In this document: positions 12,465-24,485 of the stretch, one piece after another
Numbering within the stretch: the stretch's first letter is position 1
How the letters are laid out: the number at the start of each line of letters is the position of its first letter
From: Octopus vulgaris
Taxonomy: Eukaryota
DNA: 64,000 nt
Assembly: GCA_951406725.2 (NCBI GenBank)
Contig: OX597833.1
Location: forward strand, 59,830,001 to 59,894,000
Direction of reading: 5' to 3'
Program-made: the position numbers and the translations under genes
The notes under the pieces: model-generated
Told to the model about the DNA's origin: nothing
The model's database searches: none
What the model saw: only the letters and a program-made list of their open reading frames with translations

Positions 12465-12750
12465 ATAGTCCAACCCATGCGAGCATGGACTACGGATATT
12501 AAATGATGACTAATGCCAGAAGTATTATTAATACAGAGAGGCAATCTTAATATCCTGCTTAACATGGATGTTGTGTTAGAACACCAAATACTGTGTTATA
12601 ATCTTGAGAGAACCTCTCTCATGGACCCATGGTGCATGAATGCACTGATATTTTATATTGTTGGGTGTCAGAACTGCCAGTTCAAGTGATTTTGCCATGC
12701 CCAAGCTCATCAGTAACAAGACACCTTGTAGCAACATAAACTGAATCTCA

Positions 12751-12944
12751 CTCTTTACTTGTTTTAGTCATTTGACTGTGGCCATGCTGGAGCATCGCCT
12801 TTAGTTGAGCAAATTGACCTCAGGACTTATTCTTTGTAAGCCTAGCACTTATTCTCTCGGTCTCTCTTTTGTCGAACTGCTAAGTTACGGGGACGTAAAC
12901 ACACCAGCATTGGTTGTCAAGCAATGTTGGGGGGAAAAACACAG

Positions 12945-12977
<33 letters not shown>

Positions 12978-13167
12978 GATATATATATATACATATACAT
13001 ATGTGCGATGGGTTTCTTTCAGTTTCCGTCTACCAAATCCACTCACAAGGCTTTGGTCGGCCCGAGGTTATAGTAGAAGACACTTGCCCAAGTTGCCAAG
13101 CAGTGGGACTGAACCCGGAACCATGTGGTTGGTAAGAGCTACTTATCACACAGCCACTCCTGCGCCT
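12751..13167 (-). mobile_element. SINE family A, full length
   Basis: Reverse complement of 12064-12464. Confidence 0.9.
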
Positions 13168-13182
13168 ATGAGGATAGAAAGA

Positions 13183-13301
13183 TGTTTACAGCACCTAGGT
13201 TTCCCAAGCGGTCACCCATCTAAGTACTAACTCGGCTCAATGTTGCTTAACTTCGGTGATTGGACGAGAACCGATGTTTTCAAAGTGATATGGCCGTAAA
13301 T
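13183..13301 (-). rRNA. Solitary full-length 5S rRNA copy (gene variant or pseudogene)
   Basis: Minus strand ATTTACGGCCATATCAC...CCGAAGTTAAGCAAC...GTTAGTACTTAGATGGGTGACCGCTTGGGAA...GTGCTGTAAACA, 119 nt, colinear with animal 5S. Confidence 0.9.
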
Positions 13302-13480
13302 ACTTCATTAATTTTGGTCACTTATCCCACCTACCATAAACTAATCTCACCATCAATGATAAATAGAATGTCGGTGTCTTTTCACAGACTGATATTGCAA
13401 ATAGCCAGCAAGCTTATTAAAAAGTCATTAATAGTGACAGAAGCAGTATTAATGCTAAATGGTAATCTTTATATACAACT

Positions 13481-13712
13481 TAAGGCGAGGTGGCAGAAAC
13501 ATTAAGCACGCCGGGCGAAATGCTTAGCGGTATTTCGTCTGCAGCTATGTTCTGAGTTCAAATTCCGCCGAGGTCAACTTTGCCTTACATCCTTTCGGGG
13601 TCGATTAAATAAGTACCAGTTATGCACTAGGGTTGATATAATCGGCTTAATCCGTTTGTCTGTCCTTGTTTGACCTCTCTGTGTTTAGCCCCTGGTGGGT
13701 AGTAAAGAAATA
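13481..13712 (+). mobile_element. SINE family B with 20 bp TSD
   Basis: ggtaatctttatat(a/c)caact at 13461-13480 and 13713-13732. The central gcctt.catcctttcggggtcgat...agtaccag resembles the MetaSINE domain (recalled, not aligned). Confidence 0.85.
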
Positions 13713-14003
13713 GGTAATCTTTATATCCAACTCAATGTGGATGTTGTGTTAGAATGCCCAAATACTGCATTATTTATCTTGAGAGAACTGCTCACAAGGA
13801 CTCCTGGTGCAATAAAAACATGATGTAAATATTGTTTTAATGCCATGGTGGAATATTTGTTGCTTTGCTTGGTGTGTGTAACATCATGTCATTGCCATTG
13901 CCCGTCAGCAGTGATAGACATCATCTCAGAAGTTCATTAGTGCCAGTCCAGTCACAACCATTATTTCCCAGTGCCGTGTGGCAATGGAGGATAAATCTAT
14001 TTA

Positions 14004-14314
14004 TCCGCTTTCATGCTTTTATGGGTTGGACGGTTCGACCGGTGGATCTAGGAAGCCAAAGGCTGCACCAGTCTGACCTGGCAGTTTTTCTACAGCTGGA
14101 TGCCCTTCCGTGCACGCACGTAAAAGCACCATCCGTGAGTGTGGCGGGTGTTTTACGTGCCACCTGCACAGGTGCCAGGCGAAAGCTGGCAACGGCCACG
14201 GAGTCGGATTGGCATTAGGAACGTGGCACCTGCCACGAAACAGCCAGTCGAGGCGGCACTGGCATCAGCCACAATTCGGATAGTGCTTTTTACGTACCAC
14301 CAGTCCAGGGGTCC
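14004..14314 (-). mobile_element. RTE-tail retroposon with 25 bp TSD
   Basis: tggcaat(g/a)gaggataaatctattta at 13979-14003 and 14315-14339. Confidence 0.8.
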
Positions 14315-14937
14315 TGGCAATAGAGGATAAATCTATTTACTTTCTTCTTTTTATGATGATATCCCCTCATCACTGCTTTTGCTTTTGTCTCAATCATCAG
14401 TTTTTATTCTTTACATTTTTGCCCCCCACCCCCAGTTCCTTTCTTGTACTTCTGTTATACTCTCATCACCATCCTTATATATTGATGTCCCCTAGTTGTC
14501 ATCCTGTCTTTCTTTCATGTCCTTTTGTCATCATTCTTTAGTCATCATCATGTCTTTCATCACTCAGTGTTCTACGTTTGATTTTCTATTTTTGTTATGT
14601 GTGTTTAATGAGAAAAAAGACAAGTAGTAGTTTGGCTGTTTATTTTTTGTTGTTGTTTTTTTCTCTTCATTCTTTGTCTTTATCTTCCTTTTCTTTCTCC
14701 CTTACTTTGCTCTACCCTTTCCTCCATCACTCCAGCTATTACTACACACACACACACACACACACACACTCCATGTGAACCAAACTTGTCCAACAATGAA
14801 GGAAGATAAAACACAACCTACAACACCCCGATCCTGATATGTCTAACAAAGTATATTCTCACAGATTGTGCCTTAACTCATTCTCGTTTCATGTTCAGAC
14901 ATTAGTTTTATTTACATAAAGATTGAATTGCAATTTA

Positions 14938-15134
14938 ATTACGGAGATGTACCTGCATAGCAAGTGATTTGATCTGAGATCGTGTGCTGAAACGAAAACA
15001 ATTGCAGTGTTTGTAAGCCATTTAAGAAACACACAAAAGCCGTTTGATTCACTTCAACATTTAAGTTTAATTTGTCAAAATATTTTCGTCGCTTTAAGAC
15101 CGCGACCTGTTCACTGACAAAAATCCGTGCTGCA
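14938..15134 (-). mobile_element. Penelope-like short repeat P5
   Basis: Left end is repeated at 44260-44329; contains a hammerhead fold. Confidence 0.6.
15071..15121 (-). ncRNA. Minimal type I hammerhead ribozyme fold, G3-C8 variant
   Basis: UUUGUCA-GUGAACA-G-GUCGC-loop-GCGAC-GAAA-AUAU-UU-UGACAAA: perfect 7 bp stem I, 5 bp stem II, palindromic stem III. Confidence 0.7.
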
Positions 15135-15352
15135 CCTGAGAAAGTAATAGTTAGTTCGTTACATATATGTACGTATGTATGTGTGTATGTATGTATGTAT
15201 GCACGCACGCATGTATGCATGTATGTATGTATGTACGTACGTACGCCTGTGTGTATGCAATTTAATTACAAGGAAACAAAGAAAAAAAAAATGAAAAAAA
15301 GAAATGTCCACCCCAGAACAAACTGTGTGTTCAGCTGCATCCTGTGGACATG

Positions 15353-15738
15353 GTGGAGGCGCAATGGCCCAGTGGTTAGGGCAAGGGACTCGTGGTCATA
15401 GGATCGCGGTTTCGATTTCCAGACCGTGCGTTGTGAGTGTTTATTGAGCGAAAACACCTAAAAAAGCTCCACGAGGCTCCGGCAGGGGATGGTGGTGATC
15501 CCTGCTGTACTCTTTCACCACAACTTTCTCTCACTCTTACTTCCTGTTTCTGTTGTACCTGTATTTCAAAGGGCCGGCCTTGTCACTCTCTGTGTCACGC
15601 TGAATATCCCCGAGAACTACGTTAAGGGTGCACGTGTCTGTGGAGTGCTCAGCCACTTACACGTTAATTTCACGAGCAGGCTGTTCCGTCGATTCGGATC
15701 AACCGGAACTCTCATCGTCGTAACCGACGGAGTGCTTC
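15353..15738 (+). mobile_element. tRNA-derived SINE family D, full length, 15 bp TSD
   Basis: A-box tggcccagtgg, B-box ggtttcgattt; catcctgtggacatg at 15338-15352 and 15739-15753. Confidence 0.9.
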
Positions 15739-16761
15739 CATCCTGTGGACATGACTGCGATAGCGTTGCCACGGAGAATGGCCAGCAGCACTTGCTGAAA
15801 CAGCTGTCCTACCTCGCAGGGCTTATTCCAACAGATTTCGTTTTATTTTTAACTGCTCTAATGTTCCTTCTGTTTTGGTAACTACAACCGGCTGACCATT
15901 GACTGCTCACTGACCAAATACTCTACATGTGAAGTACTTGGCAACAGTAATGTAGAAACAACACTGAAGAGAAATGTGATGGTGTTTGATAAGGAAAGAT
16001 GATTATCATTGCGGACTGTTTGCCAAAATCGAATCACTTGAAAACTCTGGCTGCTAACCACTTTATTGGCTCCTTAACTCTAAACAAAGCAGACATTAAT
16101 TAACCCTGCCTCCACCACCACTTAATTAATTTTGGACACTTATCCCGCCTACCATAAACTAATCTCTTATCTTGTGATTCCTAATCTCACTCAGTCTCTG
16201 TACCCAGCTAATTAGCACTACTGTGTGTATGCGTATTGAATCAATAGGAGAGCCTGTAGATTTACTTGAAGGAACGGTCAGATCACCCTCAAATCATTGT
16301 CTTTAATAGGAAGGAATTGTAGACTTAGATACGCTCGCAAAAAAAACAGGGTCTGCACTGTTGGAATATTTTTGAACATAAGTCTGCTCAATCGGGATTG
16401 TGTTAGAATGCCAAATACTGCATTATTTGCCTTGAGAGAACTGCTCACAAGGATTCCTGGTGCAATAAAAACATGTATATATTGGAGCTAAACACCAACT
16501 CTTGCATGCTCTTCAACACGGCTGTCACCTATGTTATTAGACAAGGTCTACCTCCATCACAAACTGTGTAGTTCTTGTTTAAATTCTCCTCTGTTACCTT
16601 GTGAAGACAGAAATATCCTGGTGAAGGATAAAACTTCTTGACTCTAATTGGTCAGCCAGCATCTGCCCATCGGTCTCAGTCGAACAAAGTGAACCCTATC
16701 AACAGACACAAGATGAATATATCCGTATGAGGTGTCTCAGTCATTGTATATATTTTGTTTT

Positions 16762-17157
16762 GTGGCACATAAAAAGCACCATCCAGATGTGGTTGATGCC
16801 AGTGCCCCTCTAACTGGCTCCTGTGCTGGTGGCACATAAAAAAAAGTACCATCCAAACATGGTCGATGTTAGTGCCCCTGACTGGCTCCTATGTTGGTGG
16901 CATGTAAAAAGCACCATCCGAACATGGTCGACGCTAGTGGGGGCCCCCCCCCCCGACTGGCTCCTGTGCCAGTGGCAGGTAAAAAGCACCCACTACACTC
17001 TCGGAGTGGTTGGCATTAGGAAGAGCATCCACCTGTAGAAACATTCCCAGATCAGATTGGAGCCTGGTGCAGCCTACTGGCTTGCTTAGATCTCAGTCAA
17101 ACTGTCCAACCCATGCCAGCATGGAAAGCGGACGTTAAACATTGACGATGATGATGA
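16762..17157 (+). mobile_element. RTE-tail retroposon with internal tandem module
   Basis: Repeated aaaagcacc modules, then ggttggcattaggaag...agcatggaaagcggacgttaaa and a (gat)n tail. Confidence 0.8.
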
Positions 17158-17626
17158 AACACCAAAATTAGTGCCAATATCTAGAGTAAGAATTCTTTCT
17201 ACTTCATTGACCTTATTATTTATTCAGGACTTCATGAAGACTATGAGAGAAAACTTGTTCTGATTAGTTGTTTGGTTGGTTCTAACTAAGCACTGGCTGA
17301 CACCACACAGTCACAGATGTAATGCTATGTGTCAGACTCATTACAGCAATAGGATTGTTGTGTTAGATTCCAGTGATTGGTGGCTATCTCTTGGCCTCAT
17401 TCCCCTTAAGGGTATAGAATTATATATTGGTTCAGATAGTGATATTTCGTGAAGAGGTTACAGAAAACCATTTTAAAAAGTGAAGGGAGAATATATAATT
17501 GTTTTGATTTCTGATGCTTTGTTATTTGACCATGGAGGAGCAAAAAGTTAGAATTGACTTTGTTGGGTTTTGAACCTAGAACACCAAAAACCAGTAAAGT
17601 ATTTTGGCATGCTGTCAGCTGTTTAA

Positions 17627-17846
17627 CTCTTTAGGATTCAAATTATTCTGTGAAATGCAATGCTTATTTATTAACATTGTCTGGCATTAATCATGCATTG
17701 TCTCATAGCTTTGAGATCTCAATGATGTGGTTGTTTATCTTTAGAATGATATTGTAGGGTGGGTGTGAAAGGCCAGATCTAGCTAATTTGAATACAAAAC
17801 AAGTAGAATATTCAGGCTGGATATGTCCAGATTAAATGCTAAAGGG
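17627..17846. mobile_element. Degenerate TTAA-type MITE (same family as 20583 and 31187)
   Basis: Colinear with 31187-31407. Confidence 0.7.
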
Positions 17847-18244
17847 TACCAAACCCACCAATTCCCTAGTAACTTGTTATTATGTTTAATAATGGCTGTA
17901 GCCTACCAGTGACTTTAGGGCTAGCGATGTCTTTAAAATGTGACTTTGTGCCAATGAAATAATATTTTCAAAGGATTACAATTTTAAAACCAAGTCATTT
18001 ATTCAAAAAAGTGTCACAAAATACTTTGTCACTTATTAGAGAAGCCCAGCTGTGCTACATCACATTGCCAAGAAGTGGAGCTATGTATGAGGACAAGGTG
18101 GGGAGACACATTACTCATCCCTGTCTTAAGGTCTTATGCATTAAGACTAACTTTGAGATTAATATAAATCAAAAGAGTTTCAATGGAGGCCACATGCCTC
18201 ATAAATAATATATGTATATATGAGTGAGAGGGAGAGAGATATGC

Positions 18245-18584
18245 TATGCTGGGGTGCCAACTTGAAGGGTTTTAGTCAAATGCATTGACCTCAGAACTTA
18301 TTTTTTAAAGTCTGGTACTTATTCTATCAGTCTCTTATACTGAACTGCTAAGTTATGGAAATGTAAACAAACTGACACTGGTTGTCAAGTGGCAGCGTGG
18401 AATAAACACAAATATACACTCGCAGACATGCAATGGGCTTCTTTCAGTTTACATCTATCAAATCCACTCACAAAGCTTTGGTTAACCTGGGGCTATACAA
18501 AGGAAGAACTTGCTCAAGGTGTCATACAGTGGGACTGAACCTGGAACCATGTGGTTGGGAGGAAAACTTCTTACCTCACAGCCC
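18245..18584 (-). mobile_element. Degenerate SINE family A
   Basis: aaatccactcacaaagctttgg...gtgggactgaacctggaaccatgtgg. Confidence 0.75.
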
Positions 18585-20100
18585 TGTTATAATAGAAATG
18601 AAAGAGTGAGGGGACACAACATTATAGCTGGTCAGACAGTGGATGTTATTCAACCCCGGTCACTGATTCAGTATTCCAGCATATATGTTGTAGGGGTGCT
18701 GGTGTTTACAATTACAGAACTAGGAACAAAATATCAGCAGAACACATTGCCTTTGCTACAGCTGTAGGCTAGTCCATCCTGTTCAGGCATTTGGATGCTT
18801 GGGCTGCCTGCTGGAGCCTAGCAGAAGGTATTTAAAGGGAAAAAATTTGACAAGGCAGTCAGTCGTCCGCTGTCGCTCGTTGACGCTACATCAAAGAGGC
18901 CAGGGAACAGAAGAAAGAAGACATGCACCCAACACCAGAGCTGAAGACACCTCTGAAAGAGGAGGCCCCGCCACGTCAAAACGGTAGAGGAGTAAGGGTC
19001 GAAACCAGACATGGTTCCTCCTGATGATGTCTTGAGCTAACTGGATCCTATAAAGGACCTGTTGTGGTAGCAGACCATGAAACACGGTTGAAATTCCTCC
19101 TACATTGTGTTGTATCCTTTTTTTTTCAAGGTTGTTGAGCAGGAGTTCTATGGATCCCTTTGATTACTATTTTATCCTATAGCCATTCAATGTTTAAAAA
19201 CTAGTTTTATAGAAACTTCATTCAAAATTCCTATTTGTTTTTCACATATTAACTTGTGAAGGTCGAACTATGTGAAACATTAAAGAAAGAAACCTAGAGG
19301 TTTCTTGCAGTACATACCAATACATGCATCTAAAGCAAAATTTTTTCAAAGACCTTCAAAATACTATTGTAGATCCTTAATTTAATATTTTGTTGTGAGG
19401 ACCCTCAAAAATCTTATATGGACCCCAATTAAGAACCACTGTTGTATAGTACAAGTGAAATTTGGTTGCTATTTCTTGTAGTTTGAGTATGGGGTGTTCT
19501 CTCATTTGTTGCAAGAGGTGTAGAAACCATGATACCAGTAATATTAAGAGGTGTGAATGGTGGGGAGAACTTGTGATGGTAACACAAGGTCAAGGGTCAC
19601 TATTTTTGAAGTCTCACTCTTGTGGTTTGACATTGTTGACAATACTGGATCCTTTTCCAGGGACAATATCTGGTCCTGTTTCCAGGGATCAGGCAGGTAT
19701 ACATGCACACACACACACACATATACATTTACACACACCTAGATACATACATGTCAGCATACACATTCACGCACACAAACCTACATACCTACATACAGCT
19801 ACACATGTACAAGTCAGAGACCAAGAGTTCTAAAGCCGAGTATCCCTTAGGGTATATGAGAAATTATGGGGTTGCATGAGATATCCAAAAGCCTTGGAAT
19901 TTAAAATAATCTCAACCAACCAAATTACAATGAGGGTAGCCCCATGCCTAATAAGTAATATTCATAGACATTCATGATGTATGTTGTTTGGTAGTCTTCT
20001 AAATATAGCTTTTCATCTGTTATCTGGCATCCATAAAATGTTACCCTTTATTTTTTGGCTGATGGTCTCCATTTATCTTACAATATAGTCCTCATAATAG

Positions 20101-20267
20101 GGGCAGATGTGGCTGTGTGGTTAAGAAGGCCATTTAGGAATGTATTTTTTTCCAGGTTCAGTTCCATTGCACATCTCCTTAGATTAGTGTGTTTTTTTTA
20201 CTATGACCTTGGGCCAACCAGAGTCTTGTGATTGGAATTTTGGTAGGCAAAAATTGTGTGGAATCCT

Positions 20268-20302
<35 letters not shown>

Positions 20303-20460
20303 CGTTTTTCCTCTAAGCTGTCTGACAACTGGTGTTGCTTTGTTTACATCTCCATAACTTAGTTCAACAAAAGGGGGCTTAAAAATAATATACTGTGGTC
20401 AATTTGTTTGACTTAAAGCCTTCAAGGCAATGCTCCAACAGGGCCATAGACTGAAACAAA
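20101..20460 (+). mobile_element. Degenerate SINE family A
   Basis: gtggctgtgtgg head, internal (TG)n, gactgaaacaa tail. Confidence 0.7.
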
Positions 20461-20582
20461 AAAAAGGGCATAAGTAAAAATAAGGGGCACTCCAACACTG
20501 CCTGACATAAGGTACACTACCAGAAAATATTCCCTCCTCCCCCACCACTGCACATTATTTTCTTTGAAGGTTTCATGTTTAA

Positions 20583-20803
20583 CCCTTTAGCATTTAAACC
20601 GGCCATATCCGGCCAAAAGTATTCTGCCTGTTTTATGTTCAAACTGGCCAGATCTGGTCTCTCACACCAACCCTACACTATTGTTTTAAAAATTAACAGC
20701 TACCTCATCAAAATCTCATAGCTACAAGGTAATGCATGATTAATTCAAAACAATGTAGATGAAGAAGCATTAATTTTGGCAGAATAATGCGAACACTAAA
20801 GGG
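20583..20803. mobile_element. piggyBac-type MITE
   Basis: TTAA|ccctttag ... ctaaaggg|TTAA. Confidence 0.85.
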
Positions 20804-21307
20804 TTAAAACAATTTAAGAGAGGTTATTGAAGTGGTTTCTTCTGCTTCATGGGAGGATTTCTACTCAGTGTAGAACATTCCTCAATTAGGCATGTCCTTT
20901 ATGGCCACCTTGACCCTCTGCTCCTTGTCCTACTTGGGTAACCAAGTTACTCCTCTAGTGACCCCCCCATAGGTGCTAGTGCTATGTAAAAAGCACCACA
21001 TAAAATAGCACCTGTGCTGGTGTTTCGTAGAAGACCACCCATCACGTATTAAACCACCTGTGTGTTAAATCGTTTGACCCATGTCAGCATGAAAAACAGA
21101 TGTTAAATGATGATGATGGTCTCCTGTGGCCCCTGTTTATAAGCAAATGAACTGTGCTTTTGTGACACCTCTTTACAACTAGGTGGCCTCTGCCTCTCGG
21201 TGGCACCTCTTTACACCCAAGTAGACTTGGCCACTGTTTGTTTAAATATTTTCTAAGGTCACAACATAACTGCTGACAGGATTTCAACTGTTGAATGTTA
21301 AAGGGAG

Positions 21308-21346
<39 letters not shown>

Positions 21347-21599
21347 TGTGTTCCCTTTGTTGGGTCAAGAGACACTGCGACCCATTTTCTTGCTCTTGTT
21401 TAGCCCCTGGCCACTACTACTGCTCCAAGAGATCTATCTGCAGTTACACATTCCAGATATGATCATCCTAGCAGAAACAGTGTAGTTAAGAGTACATTAT
21501 TCGCTCCTGCCTTTTAAGACAAAGTGTGATGTGAGGGAAATTTGGTTTCTATATCTAGCAGATAGAGGCTCTCCTATTGGATAAATTGTATTGTGGTTA

Positions 21600-22030
21600 T
21601 GGTGATAGTGGACTAGTGTTGTTGTTGTTGATGTAGTAGTTTGGGTGCTAGTGCTGTAGTGGTGAATACCATCACTACACTACTGCCGCAACAGCTCATA
21701 TGATCTTGTTGTTTGCAGTGGTAATGTAATCTAGTTGTAGTGGTGGTAGTAGTAGTAGTAGTATATGTTAGCATATAGTAGTAACGGTGGTGGTGGTGGG
21801 TGTAGTGATGCATGTAGCAGTGGTAGTGGTATAAATGGTAGCTATAGTGGTAGTGGTGGTGGTGATGGTGGTGGCAGCAGTAGTAGTGGTAGTAGTGGCT
21901 GTAGCAGTGGTGGCAGTTGTAGAAGCAGTGGTGGTAGTAGTATATGATAGTATATAGTAGTAATGATGGTGGTGGTGTTGGTGGTTGTAGTGAGATGTGT
22001 AATGTTGTAGAGGATGTTGTATGTAGTGGT
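21600..22030. repeat. (GTG/GTA) trinucleotide low-complexity tract
   Basis: Direct reading. Confidence 0.85.
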
Positions 22031-22119
22031 CACTTAATGTTTGTTGCAGTATTTGTGTTTATTAAACAACCTCAGCATCCTTTAGCACGTGACACTCCTC
22101 GCTGCTCCCCCCTCTTTCT

Positions 22120-22122
22120 ATA

Positions 22123-22157
<35 letters not shown>

Positions 22158-22162
22158 GCGTG

Positions 22163-22198
<36 letters not shown>

Positions 22199-22203
22199 TC
22201 GTG

Positions 22204-22238
<35 letters not shown>

Positions 22239-22283
22239 GCGTGTCTGTCTGTCTGTGTGTGTGTATATATATATATGCGTGTC

Positions 22284-22331
<48 letters not shown>

Positions 22332-22336
22332 GTGTT

Positions 22337-22380
<44 letters not shown>

Positions 22381-22384
22381 TGTC

Positions 22385-22419
<35 letters not shown>

Positions 22420-22426
22420 GCGTATC

Positions 22427-22461
<35 letters not shown>

Positions 22462-22468
22462 GCGTGTC

Positions 22469-22505
<37 letters not shown>

Positions 22506-22510
22506 GCGTG

Positions 22511-22551
<41 letters not shown>

Positions 22552-22553
22552 GC

Positions 22554-22589
<36 letters not shown>

Positions 22590-22594
22590 GCGTG

Positions 22595-22629
<35 letters not shown>

Positions 22630-22701
22630 GCGTGTCTGTGTGTGTGTATGTGTGTATATATACATACACATGTATGTGTGTATATGTATATATACATACA
22701 C

Positions 22702-22738
<37 letters not shown>
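22120..22738. repeat. Higher-order (TG)n(TA)n-gcgtgtc satellite
   Basis: About 13 units of (TG)n(TA)n joined by tgcgtgtc. Confidence 0.9.
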
Positions 22739-22739
<1 letters not shown>

Positions 22740-22847
22740 GCAACCCCCACTCCTCCCACTATAACAGTGTTTGCTTTCCAATACCATTGAAATGGTTTCT
22801 CTTCGCTTGTTACAGTGGTGGTGGTCATGGTGTGGCTGAATGTTGCT

Positions 22848-23018
22848 GTCGTTTAACCCTAGGTCAGTGCTGATCGAGCAGGGCTATCTCCTCCGCTAGA
22901 TCCATCTATCACACAACAATCCAGTGTCCTTCTATCCGTTTAGAGAAATGGTTTGAGGGGAGATTCGGCTGCTATTTTTAGCAAGTCGAGCAACCACTTT
23001 AGCGGCTCCCCTGATTGG
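22848..23018 (+). mobile_element. Dispersed repeat family E
   Basis: tttgagggRgattYggctgctattt motif, also at ~19455, ~21530, ~41405 (minus), ~41525 and 48250-48440. Confidence 0.55.
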
Positions 23019-23319
23019 CTTATCAGTGGTGGTGCTTCTGCTGGTGATGATGATAGTGATGATGGTTGTGATGCTGCTGGTGGTGTTGCTGATGCTGATG
23101 ATGATGATGATGAAGGCATTGATGCCGGTAGTGATGATGCTGGTGATGGCGATTGGCTGCTGCTGGCTGCCTGACTGCTGTGTGTATTATGTACCCCCCC
23201 CGCTCTCTGTTATAACTATTGATTGGAGACTGTCCCACTGCTGCTGATATATACCCCCCCTCATCATGTCCCCCATCGTCTCCTTCCTATATAAACATTG
23301 TAGACTATAGCTACACTAT

Positions 23320-23371
<52 letters not shown>

Positions 23372-23454
23372 TGTAGACTATATATATATATGTATAAGCA
23401 CGCATTCTACAATTACTACATAGTTACTGCTCACACGCACACATACACACTACA

Positions 23455-23525
<71 letters not shown>

Positions 23526-23543
23526 AAGACACGCATACATACG

Positions 23544-23578
<35 letters not shown>

Positions 23579-24105
23579 GTAAAGACACACGCTGACATAC
23601 GCGCACACATACACACACACACATATATATATATACAAAGACACGCATACATACGCGCACACACACACATATATATATATATATGCAAAGACACACGCGC
23701 ACACACACACACAGACACACGCTGTAATCTAACTGTTGACTCCACTTTGATCTCACATATCTCATTGAAACATCACACGCACATGCCTACACACACACTC
23801 GCATACTCGCACGCACGCACACACACACACACACAAGCACACCTCCTCCTTTCCCTCTACTTTCTTTTCGCTCCTATCTCTGTTTCTTTCCTCCTTTATC
23901 TTCTTCGCATTCTGTGTGTGCGCGCGTGTGCGTGTCTCTCTCTCTCAAAATATATTCTCTCTCTCTCTCTCTCTACGCATATATACGCTTCCGAGCTTCG
24001 TATAAATTCCCCCTCTTTTTGCCACAATAGACATCATCTTTTAAAGTATTAGTACACACATACAAGACACATAGTTACCAATTCACTCTCAATCGCACAC
24101 ACATT

Positions 24106-24140
<35 letters not shown>

Positions 24141-24210
24141 CCGCACACACTCACACACATTCACACACACACACACACACGTGCCCACACACACTCACAC
24201 ACATTCACAC
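23320..24210. repeat. (CA)n/(TA)n/(CT)n compound microsatellites
   Basis: Direct reading. Confidence 0.85.
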
Positions 24211-24329
24211 AGCTGTAAATATCTTTCCATGTAAATTACACACTAACAGCTGTATTGTGTACAAGTGTATGTGTGTGTGTCTGTGTGTGTATATGTTTAC
24301 GCGCGTGTGAGCGTGTGTACTCAAGTGGA

Positions 24330-24362
<33 letters not shown>

Positions 24363-24485
24363 GTCAATGTATGAGTGTATGTATGTGTTTGTTGATGTTG
24401 CTCTGTATATATTGACACAACAACAACAACAACGACAACAACAACATGAGTAATAATAATAAGGCAGGGAAAGTAGCTGACAAAA

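Noticed and set aside
15353-15430. tRNA gene (also 61804 and other SINE heads)
   Set aside because: A and B boxes are present, but there is no complete cloverleaf and the sequence continues into a SINE body bounded by a TSD
22953-23174. Acidic D/G/A-rich ORF
   Set aside because: It derives from a (GAT/GCT/GGT) trinucleotide tract next to a dispersed repeat
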